Positions 10,014 to 18,000 of a DNA stretch of 28,814 bases are shown piece by piece. Origin of the DNA: an uncultured Chloroflexia bacterium. GTDB taxonomy: Bacteria; Chloroflexota; Anaerolineae; B4-G1; SLSP01. The translations under genes were made by a program, and so were the position numbers. The stretch covers positions 1-28,814 of the forward strand of contig CAVVUS010000039.1 in NCBI GenBank assembly GCA_963751345.1, in the 5' to 3' direction. Below the pieces are notes generated by a model. The model did not search any database. It saw only the letters and a list, made by a program, of their open reading frames with translations, and had not been told where the DNA came from. Numbering within the stretch: the first letter of the stretch is position 1; every line of letters begins with the position of its first letter.

Positions 10014-10041
10014 TTGACATCACCGCGCCCCGCCGTACAAT
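10014..10041 (+). promoter_or_regulatory. sigma70-type promoter for the aminotransferase
   Basis: TTGACA (10014-10019)-N16-TACAAT (10036-10041), back-to-back with the GT2 promoter. Confidence 0.7.
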
Positions 10042-10090
10042 GGCCGTTACCCGAATCACACTCCATATCACAGGAAGGCGACACACAGCT

Positions 10091-11309
10091 ATGACCGAAC
10101 ACGCAGGCGAGTCCGAGAGACAGGTGAACTGGCAGCGCTTCTTGGCGCAGCGAGCCAAGGGCATGAAGAGCTCCGCAATCCGCGAGCTACTCAAGATCAC
10201 CCAGCTTCCCGACGTGATCTCCTTTGCCGGTGGCCTTCCGGCGCCTGAACTCTTTCCGGTGCGCGAGATTGAGGAAGCCTGCAGTTATCTGCTCAGGCAC
10301 GACCCGAAACTGGCCCTCCAGTACAGCACCACCGAGGGGCATCCCCCACTCCGGGAGTACCTCGCCGAGTCCATGGCCGCCTACGGGATCCACCACGGAC
10401 CCGATAATGTACTCATCACGACCGGTTCGCAGCAGGCCCTTGACCTCATCGGGAAGATGTTCGTCGATCCGGGCTCGTACGTCCTGACGGGACGCCCTAC
10501 CTACCTCGGCGCGATCCAGGCGTGGCAGGCCTACCAGGGGAACTTCGTGACCGTGCCGCTCGATGACGAGGGCATGCGGGTCGACCTCATTGAGGAGACG
10601 ATCGCCAAGACCCCCGTGCGCTTTATCTACGTCTTGCCCAACTTCCACAACCCTGCCGGAACCACACTACCCGAGGCACGACGGCGCCATCTCGTCGAGA
10701 TCGCCCGCAAGCACGATCTGATCATCGTCGAGGACGACCCCTACGGCGCGCTGCGCTATCGTGGCGAGGACCTGCCGCCCATCGCCGCCCTCGCGCCCGA
10801 GCGTACCATCTACCTGGGCACCTTCTCCAAGACCCTGACCCCGGGACTCCGCATCGGCTGGGTCGTCGCGCCGGCGGAGATCCGGCAGCGCCTGGTCCAA
10901 GCCAAACAGGGCGCCGACCTTCACACCAGCACCTTCGACCAGATGATTGCCAACGACATCGCGCAGCGCGGCATCCTGAAGGTTCACGTGAGAGAGCTGC
11001 GCAGAGTCTACGGTGAGCGGATGACGACGATGCTCGACGCCCTGGAGGAGTTCTGGCCCGAGGGCTGCAGTTGGACAGAACCCGAGGGGGGTCTCTTCCT
11101 CTGGGCGCGCGTGCCCGAGAGCGTCGACAGCGTCGACATGCTCAAGAGTCGCGCTGGAGCGCAAGGTCGCCTTCGTCCCCGGGGTCAACTTCTACCCGGA
11201 CGGCGACGGCGGTCACGACGCCATGCGCCTCAACTTCTCGAACGCCAAGCCCGAGATGATCGTCGAAGGCATCCGCCGCCTCGGCCTCGCGATCAAGCAG
11301 GTGCTGTAG
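10091..11309 (+). CDS. PLP-dependent class I/II aminotransferase (2-aminoadipate/aromatic, LysN/ARO8-like), frameshift near 11150
   Basis: SSAIRELLK, ISFAGGLPAPELFP, TTGSQQALDL, PNFHNPAG, EDDPYG, GTFSKTLTPGLRIGW. The C-terminus ALERKVAFVPG...MRLNFS...GIRRLGLAIKQVL ends at TAG 11307-11309 in another frame. Confidence 0.93.
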
Positions 11310-11370
11310 CCCGGCAGCCTTCACCGCGTTGCTGACGCAGAGACACTCCGCAGCAAACGCCATACCTGCA

Positions 11371-11449
11371 GTTCCGCCGGTTCTGTGATCCGGCGCGGAA
11401 CACGCTGCACGCAGCGCACGTTCGCCGGCAGACCTGTGGTCCGCCCGAC
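11371..11449. repeat. two divergent GTTC/TGT-loop hairpin elements between convergent genes
   Basis: GTTCCGCCGGTTCTGTGATCCGGCGCGGAAC (11371-11401) and GTTCGCCGGCAGACCTGTGGTCCGCC (from 11420); same architecture as the 21770-21987 array. Confidence 0.65.
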
Positions 11450-11451
11450 GC

Positions 11452-12908
11452 CTACCCCTTGATCACCGCAATGGGTGCACGCGCGCCACCTTGCGTGCCA
11501 GCCCCGCTCCCGCCACCGAGTCCACCACCTGGCTCACATCCTTGTACGCCAGCGGGGCCTCTTCGGCCAGCCCGCGCATGCTCCCCGACCGCACGTGAAT
11601 GCCCTGCTCCCGTAGCTCGGAGCGCACGTCCTCACCGCGCACCCGGCGCGTCGCCTCGTGCCGGCTCATCGTGCGCCCGGCGCCGTGGCAGCTCGATCCG
11701 AACGCCAGCCCCATCCCCGCGGCGTTGCCCACCAGCACGTAGGAGGCGGTGCCCATCGATCCGGGAACCAGCACGGGTTGCCCGACAGCACGATAGACCG
11801 AGGTCACTTCGGGGTGGCCCGCCGGGAACGAGCGCGTCGCCCCCTTACGGTGGACGATCAGTTTCCGCCGCTCTCCATCGACGACGTGCTCCTCGACCTT
11901 GGCCATGTTGTGCGTCACGTCGTAGACCTGGGTCAGGTCCCAGCCGCGCACCTTGCCCGCCAGGACCTGCTCGAACGACCTGCGCACAAAGTGGGCCAGC
12001 ACCTGGCGGTTGGCGAAGGCGTAGTTTGCCGCCGCCGACATCGCCGCCATATAGTCCCGCCCCTCGGCTGACTCGACCGGTGCCGAGATCAACTCGCGGT
12101 CGGGCAGAGGGATCCTGTACCGCTCGGGGACGCCCTGCAGCCGCTTCAGGTACTGCGAGCAGACCTCGTGGCCCAGCCCGCGCGACCCGCAGTGGATCTG
12201 CACGACCACCTGGCCCTCCCGCAGCCCAAATGCATGCGCCGTTGCGGCATCGAAGATGTCATCGACGACGTCGATCTCCAGGAAGTGATTGCCCGAGCCG
12301 AGAGAGCCCAACTGCGGTATCCCTCGTTCCTTCGCCCGGTCGGGCACCGCGTCGGCCCTTGCCTCCGGCATCCGCCCGCCGCTCTCGGTGCGTTCCAGGT
12401 CGTCCTGGGTCGCGTAACCCATCTTCTTGGCCCACTCGGCTCCCTGAACGAGCACCCGATCCAGCTCCGCATACGAGAGCCGCACGGCCCCTTTCCCACC
12501 CACGCCGCTGGGACAATTGTGGAAGAGCGCCGTGGCGAGATCGTCGAGATGTGGCGAAAGCTCCTCAACGTCTAGCGTGGATGCCAACATCCGCACGCCG
12601 CAGTTGATGTCATACCCCACCCCGCCCGGGGAGACGATGCCGCCATCGTAGTCGAACGCGGCAACACCGCCGATGGGGAACCCGTAGCCTTGATGCATGT
12701 CCGGCATAGCCATCGCATACTTCACGATGCCGGGCAGCATCGCGACGTTCACAAGCTGCTCGATCGAGCGATCGCCAAAGGCTGCTTCGAAGACCTCGCG
12801 GTTCCCGAAGATGCGCGCCGGAACCTCCATCCGTGAGTCGAAGTCAGGCGAAAGCTCCCACGTGTAGGCATCGATCTGCTCGAAGTCGTCTTGCACTATC
12901 ATGATCAT
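11452..12908 (-). CDS. rtcB: RtcB RNA ligase
   Basis: MPDMHQGYGFPIGG, GVGYDINCGVR, GSLGSGNHFLE, HCGSRG, HNMAK, HRKGAT, PGSMGT, HGAGR. One added base gives the usual end PIAVIKG with stop at 11452. Start is 12908 or 12902. Confidence 0.97.
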
Positions 12909-12936
12909 CTCCCATCGAACGGCAGGTCGCCTTCGG

Positions 12937-13341
12937 TCAGACGTCGAATACGATCTCTGTCTCCAACCCTCGCTCAGACTCGATAATCTTGAGATTGTGA
13001 TACGTCGCCGCTTTGATATAGCCCCGCGTCACGGCGATCGGGTAACCCCGCGCCTCGGCGTGCAGTTGGGTCGGCACACACTGCTCAAACTCGAACTCCG
13101 TAAACACCGCCGACCACGTCTCTGAAAGGTAGAGCAACTCGTTGAGCCAGTCCACGAGCAGTAGGTCCGCATCCAAAGCCGTCAACGCGATGCTCACGGT
13201 CACCGGCTCGCCCTCCAGGTCAGCTACCGCCACCATCGAGAACATGCCGCGCGCCGCCGTCGCGAAGAGATCCTCCAGGCTGTCGCCCCAGATATGCAGG
13301 GCGATATCCGCGGTGTGATCGACTTCCTCCCAATGTCCCAT
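12937..13341 (-). CDS. archease (RtcB cofactor)
   Basis: DHTAD, DWLNELLY, IKAATYH and C-terminal VFDV; immediately upstream of rtcB. Confidence 0.95.
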   Translation of the reverse strand: MGHWEEVDHTADIALHIWGDSLEDLFATAARGMFSMVAVADLEGEPVTVSIALTALDADLLLVDWLNELLYLSETWSAVFTEFEFEQCVPTQLHAEARGYPIAVTRGYIKAATYHNLKIIESERGLETEIVFDV

Positions 13342-13350
13342 CTCTCACCC

Positions 13351-14280
13351 CTACTCCCTCGCCAGCCATCGCGCCACAAAGCCGGCGATGGCCACATAAT
13401 CCCGCAGACCGAACACCGGACACGCGAGATCTAGATCCGCCACGTCTGTCACACAGGCGATGCGCCGGTCGAGTCCCGCGATCGGGCCCGGGTCGCAGGC
13501 CGCACGGATCACCTCAATCTTGTCCACATCGACACGCTTATAGCCTTCCAGCAGGACCAGATCCACGCCGTAGACTCCCGCCAGCACCGTCTCCAGGTCG
13601 GGTTCGGCCTCATATCGATGCGTCTGGACCACCCGATCCCGTGCCGCCAGGCTCACGTGGCGCGCCCCCGCCGTCCAGTAGCGATGCGTATCGCTTCCTG
13701 CCACATCGCTCTCTACGTCGTGGACGGGCGAGTGCTTGACCACGGCCACGCTGATGCCCCGCCGCCCGAGCACCGGGATCAACTGCGTCAGCAGCGTCGT
13801 CTTGCCGCATCCCGATCGCCCAACGAACCCCAGCACCCGCAACGCCGCGCTCCCAGCCCCAGATCCTCCGGGCGAGGCATCTCCGGCCTCTTCCCCCGTT
13901 GGGGGGAGATCGAGAGGAGGGAGCTGCTCGCGCACCTGATCGTAGACGTCTTCCGGCGTCAGCGGTGTCGTGTCCACGTAGAAATCACAATTCGCCCTGG
14001 CGTGCGCCAACCTCACATCCCGCTCCGCCGGCCACCACGACGAAGGGCGCGGCAAGCCCTCGCGCCGGGCAGCCACCTCCATCGACACGTCGAGATAGAC
14101 CAACACATCCGGGTTCGTCATCCGCTGCCACATATCCGGCACAGCGGAATGCTCTTGGGCGATCTCCGACACCCGATAGCCATCCCTGCGCAGCCGTGCG
14201 CCCAGCGTCGACTTGCCCGCGGAGCAGGGACCAACAATCCCCACCAGGAGCGTCTCGGTTCGCCGTCGCTTTCCATCCAT
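13351..14280 (-). CDS. two-domain protein: small nucleotide-kinase-like P-loop domain fused to a MobB-like domain
   Basis: Walker A GPCSAGKST and PDVLVYLDVS in the first ~120 aa; Pro/Gly linker; then VLGFVGRSGCGKTTLL, VAVVKHS, GSDTHRYWTAGA and DLVLLEGYK...KIEV, typical of MobB. Confidence 0.82.
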   Translation of the reverse strand: MDGKRRRTETLLVGIVGPCSAGKSTLGARLRRDGYRVSEIAQEHSAVPDMWQRMTNPDVLVYLDVSMEVAARREGLPRPSSWWPAERDVRLAHARANCDFYVDTTPLTPEDVYDQVREQLPPLDLPPTGEEAGDASPGGSGAGSAALRVLGFVGRSGCGKTTLLTQLIPVLGRRGISVAVVKHSPVHDVESDVAGSDTHRYWTAGARHVSLAARDRVVQTHRYEAEPDLETVLAGVYGVDLVLLEGYKRVDVDKIEVIRAACDPGPIAGLDRRIACVTDVADLDLACPVFGLRDYVAIAGFVARWLARE

Positions 14281-14304
14281 CGCGCATCGTCCTAGTTCGG
14301 ATCA

Positions 14305-15012
14305 TCAATCCGGCACCGGCATCTCCACGTCTACACGCCGGGCCCCGGTCACCGGCCCGGACTGCACGTGAAGCACGATGATGCTCGTATCATCCGTAGG
14401 GCGTCCATCGTCGAGATCAATCGCCCGCTCCAGGAGGCCATCGGCGACCGCCCGGGCCTCTGCCGACTCCTCCCAGATCTCCTCAATCGCCTCCGGGACG
14501 TAGAGTTCGGACCCTGAGCGACTCCCCGCATGGATCAGCCCATCGGTGCACGCGACCGCCAACAGGCCGGGCTCCAGTTGGATGTGCTCGACCGTGGGAC
14601 GCATGTTGCGATAGAAGCCCAGCGGCGCGGCATCGATGTCCATGGCCATGATATCGTCACCGGGCCGCCGGATGAAGACCGACGTATTGCCGCACCGCGT
14701 CACGATCAGTGTACGGCTGTCCAGCTCTACGGAGAGGATCACCAACGTCGCCGAGACCTTACCGTGGCGCTGGGCATAGAGCATATCGTTGGCCGCTCGG
14801 GCGGCAGCGCCATCGCGGACGCCTTCGGCAAGGTCGGAGATGATCTTCCGCACCACCTGAGCCGCGACGGCCTTGGCCGCCGGCCCCGAGCTTTGCCCAT
14901 CCACGAGTACCAGTGAGAGGCCACCACGTGGCCTCTCGACCATCTCGAGCGTATCGCCACTCTCGCGGACGGCCCATTTGCTTATCTTGCTTGCCGCGAC
15001 AGACAGATGCAT
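14305..15012 (-). CDS. stand-alone PP2C/SpoIIE-family phosphatase
   Basis: ESGD, LVDGQSSG, SATLV, CTDGL and DDTSII metal-binding motifs. Confidence 0.88.
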   Translation of the reverse strand: MHLSVAASKISKWAVRESGDTLEMVERPRGGLSLVLVDGQSSGPAAKAVAAQVVRKIISDLAEGVRDGAAARAANDMLYAQRHGKVSATLVILSVELDSRTLIVTRCGNTSVFIRRPGDDIMAMDIDAAPLGFYRNMRPTVEHIQLEPGLLAVACTDGLIHAGSRSGSELYVPEAIEEIWEESAEARAVADGLLERAIDLDDGRPTDDTSIIVLHVQSGPVTGARRVDVEMPVPD

Positions 15013-15050
15013 GACTGCACTCCGGCTAGATGTGCGGTGAGGTCGTTGCC

Positions 15051-15366
15051 CTAGCCTTCATCCGATGACACGGTCTCGACGCTTTCCTGACCCGCCGTCT
15101 CCACGTGTTTGCCCCTGATGGCCCCGGCGAAGGATCCGCAGTTCAATGCCCTCCGCAAGTTCGATCTTGGCGAGATTGTGCTCCATATCGAACAAGGTGA
15201 GCTTGCCGATGAAGCCGCCAATCGTCACGACGGTATCGCCAACCGCAAGATCCGCCTCGCGCTGCTTCTGCCGTCGCCGCGCCATCCACTGGGGCAACAC
15301 GAGGAAGACAAGTAAAGCCACGATCATAATCAGCCAAAACGACCAGTCAGCGAGCTGTCCTGCCAT
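15051..15366 (-). CDS. yajC: preprotein translocase subunit YajC (likely frameshift near 15130)
   Basis: GAGGAGAG Shine-Dalgarno; TM helix, PQ...RQKQ, LAVGDTVVTIGGFIG. The alternative frame gives GAIRGKHVET...DEG with stop at 15051; the ORF track stops at 15058. Confidence 0.88.
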
Positions 15367-15410
15367 ATCATCTCTCCTCGAATCATGAGAATAGTGTCTA
15401 CGTTATCGAG

Positions 15411-15439
15411 ATTATACCGCCCCAGGCGCCAGAGAACAA
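15411..15439 (-). promoter_or_regulatory. promoter for the yajC-rtcB unit
   Basis: TTGTTC (15439-15434)-N17-TATAAT (15416-15411). Confidence 0.55.
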
Positions 15440-15573
15440 CCGCCATTCGGCTGCCACACACGCGTGCCCGCGTGCTGAGTGCAGCTCATTCCGGGGGCGA
15501 TGTATACAGCGACAGTGGAAAGCGGGCGAGACGCCCATGGGCATCAAGCTAAGGACCTCATCCTGAATCCACC

Positions 15574-15618
15574 CCCGCGTACGGGCGCAGTTGCCCGCGT
15601 ACGCAAGAAGTGTAAAAT
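15574..15618 (+). promoter_or_regulatory. promoter of the two-component unit with a 10-bp direct repeat
   Basis: TTGCCC (15591-15596)-N16-TAAAAT (15613-15618); CCCGCGTACG at 15574-15583 and 15594-15603. Confidence 0.55.
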
Positions 15619-15693
15619 CAGACTCCCGATGCATCAACAAGATCCGGCAGGCAGGAAAGCGATTGCACCGCAGTCGGAAGGGCACACGAGCGG

Positions 15694-18000
15694 ATGACGC
15701 GTTTGCAGGAAGTCGACCCACTTGATGGTCTGTTGTCACTGGCGCCCGGGCTTGCGCCGGTGGCCGTCCTGCACCGGGCCGCCCTCGCCTTCAACGCCAC
15801 GCTGGAACTCTCCGACGTGCTCCAGGCCGTGCTGGACGAGGTACAGGCCGCCTTGCGGGCAGAGACCTGCAGTGTGTGGCTGACCGAACCTGACACCGGC
15901 GACGTAGTCTGTCAGGGAGCGCAAGGGACCCGTCATGGTCGTCCCCCCGTGCTGGGACGTCGGGTGCCTGTCGGCCGGGGCGTCGTTGGGCGGACGGTTT
16001 CGCTCGGATCGACAGCCTGCGCGACAGACGTCCCCCCGGGCTCAGCATATGACGAGGTCCCACAGCATCTTGAGCCTGACGGCCGCATGTCCCTGCTCTG
16101 CGTCCCGCTGAGGCTCCGCACGTCTATCCCACCCAGGCAGAATGACGAGGGAGAGACGACCACGCTGGGTGCCATCCTCGTGACGGGCAAGGCCGCGGAA
16201 GCCTTTGCCGACGATGCCGTCACGCTACTGGAAGCGCTGGCTGCATCGGCCGCAGTAGCGATTGAGAACGCCCGGCTGTACAGACAGGCAGAACGAGAGA
16301 TTGCGGATCGCCGCCGCGCTGAACACGCGCTGCGTTACAGCGAGAGCCAGTACCGCACTTTGGTCGAGACCTCGCCCGACGCGATCGTCGTGACGGGTCC
16401 CAAGGGTACCATCACCATGTGCAATCGACGGGCGGCCGAAATGCACGGCTACGAGCGCACCACCGAGCTACTCGGCAAGAGCCTCCTGATCCTCTTCGCC
16501 CCATCTTCGCGGGCCCCTATCCTGGCACTTCACCGTCGCGCGCTTGAGGGCCATCTCATCAGCGAGCAGGAACTCACCCTGATGCGCAAGGACGGCAGCT
16601 ATTTCGAGGCGGAATACGCCGCATCGCTGATCGCCGGCGGCGATGGAGAGTCGGTCAGCGTCGTTGGATTTGCCCGCGACATCACCGATCGTCGGGAGGC
16701 CGAGAACACCATTCGCAGGCACAACCAAGAACTGCGCACCCTCAACGCCATCGCCTCCGGGACGAGCCAGGCCCACGACGTGCAGCAGATACTGGATGTG
16801 GCGATCAGCCACGCATTGCGGGCGTTTCACGTTGACACTGGCTGGGGCGTGATCTTCGATCACGAGTATGGGGAGCCGGCGCACGTTCAGGCGCTGCGCG
16901 GCGGAGCCCCTACCCCGGGCATCACACCGGATGAGATACCGCTCTACCGTTGGCTCAGTGATAGAGTCTGCAGCTCGGGCAAACCACTCCTGGTTAGCAC
17001 GTCGGATCCTCCGCCGGGCTGGATTGCCGAGGGGGCGCTCTGTCAGGTAGCCGCGGCGCCTCTGCTCTCCCAGGGCGGCGTCATGGGGATCCTGGCCGTG
17101 CTTGGCATCAGCGGCGGACAGCCCCATACGGTTCGGTTTCAGCAAGTCCAGCTCCTTTCCGCGATAGGCCACCAGGTCGGGATCGCCGTAGAAAACGCTC
17201 GGCTCTCCGAAAAAGTCAGTGAGATCGCCATGCTCCGCGAGCTGGATACCATGCGATCCCAACTCATCGCCAGCTTCTCCCACGACCTCAGAAGCCCTCT
17301 CGGCCTGATCAAGATGGCCTGTTCGACGCTGCAGCGAGATGACGTGACGCTCGGCGCCGGCATCGTTGAGGACATGCTCCAGGAAATCCAGATCCAGACG
17401 GATCGGCTCACCCGCCTCGTCGACGACATCCTCGATCTCGGCCGGTTGGAGAGCGGCCATCTGGCCCTGCGGCGGACACAGCTCGATCTCGGCGACCTGC
17501 TGTGTGACCTGGCCGCCGAGATCCGGAGACTCCACCATGGATATCATCTGGCTCTGGACGTGACCACGGAGGGAACGACCGCATGGGCGGATCCCAACCG
17601 GATAGAGCAGGTCCTTCGGAATCTCCTGGACAACGCCCTGAAGTATACACCGCAGCCATCAGAGCTCGTCGCCCAGGTCAGGCGGCATCAGCACAGGTTG
17701 TACGTCAGCATCTCCGATCAGGGCATCGGCATCCCTCCCGACCAGCGCGAACTCGTCTTCGAACGTTTCTATCGCGTCGACAACGAGGCGACCCACCATA
17801 TAGCCGGTGCCGGGCTCGGACTTGCGATGTGCCGCGGGATCGTCGAGGCCCACGGGGGCCGGATATGGATCGAGGACAACTCCGAGCGTGCCCTGAAAGA
17901 CGGGCACGGGACAACGGTCGTCTTCACACTCCCGGCGGCGCCGGGTTCGCTCCCCGAGTCCCGATCTACCGTGAAGGCCGGCCGCGAGGCATCCTCGTGA
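15694..18000 (+). CDS. cytoplasmic GAF-PAS-GAF sensor histidine kinase (HisKA/HATPase)
   Basis: Two A(I/V)ENARL GAF ends; PAS SQYRTLVETSPD...RKDGS...ARDITDRR; H-box FSHDLRSPL; NLLDNALKY, DQGIGIP, GAGLGL, HGGRIW; no TM helix seen. Confidence 0.93.
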   Translation: MTRLQEVDPLDGLLSLAPGLAPVAVLHRAALAFNATLELSDVLQAVLDEVQAALRAETCSVWLTEPDTGDVVCQGAQGTRHGRPPVLGRRVPVGRGVVGRTVSLGSTACATDVPPGSAYDEVPQHLEPDGRMSLLCVPLRLRTSIPPRQNDEGETTTLGAILVTGKAAEAFADDAVTLLEALAASAAVAIENARLYRQAEREIADRRRAEHALRYSESQYRTLVETSPDAIVVTGPKGTITMCNRRAAEMHGYERTTELLGKSLLILFAPSSRAPILALHRRALEGHLISEQELTLMRKDGSYFEAEYAASLIAGGDGESVSVVGFARDITDRREAENTIRRHNQELRTLNAIASGTSQAHDVQQILDVAISHALRAFHVDTGWGVIFDHEYGEPAHVQALRGGAPTPGITPDEIPLYRWLSDRVCSSGKPLLVSTSDPPPGWIAEGALCQVAAAPLLSQGGVMGILAVLGISGGQPHTVRFQQVQLLSAIGHQVGIAVENARLSEKVSEIAMLRELDTMRSQLIASFSHDLRSPLGLIKMACSTLQRDDVTLGAGIVEDMLQEIQIQTDRLTRLVDDILDLGRLESGHLALRRTQLDLGDLLCDLAAEIRRLHHGYHLALDVTTEGTTAWADPNRIEQVLRNLLDNALKYTPQPSELVAQVRRHQHRLYVSISDQGIGIPPDQRELVFERFYRVDNEATHHIAGAGLGLAMCRGIVEAHGGRIWIEDNSERALKDGHGTTVVFTLPAAPGSLPESRSTVKAGREASS

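Noticed and set aside
15480-15693. c-di-GMP or other riboswitch in the yajC/kinase intergenic region
   Set aside because: GGAAA and GGGCA fragments are present, but I could not build the conserved stems or their order.
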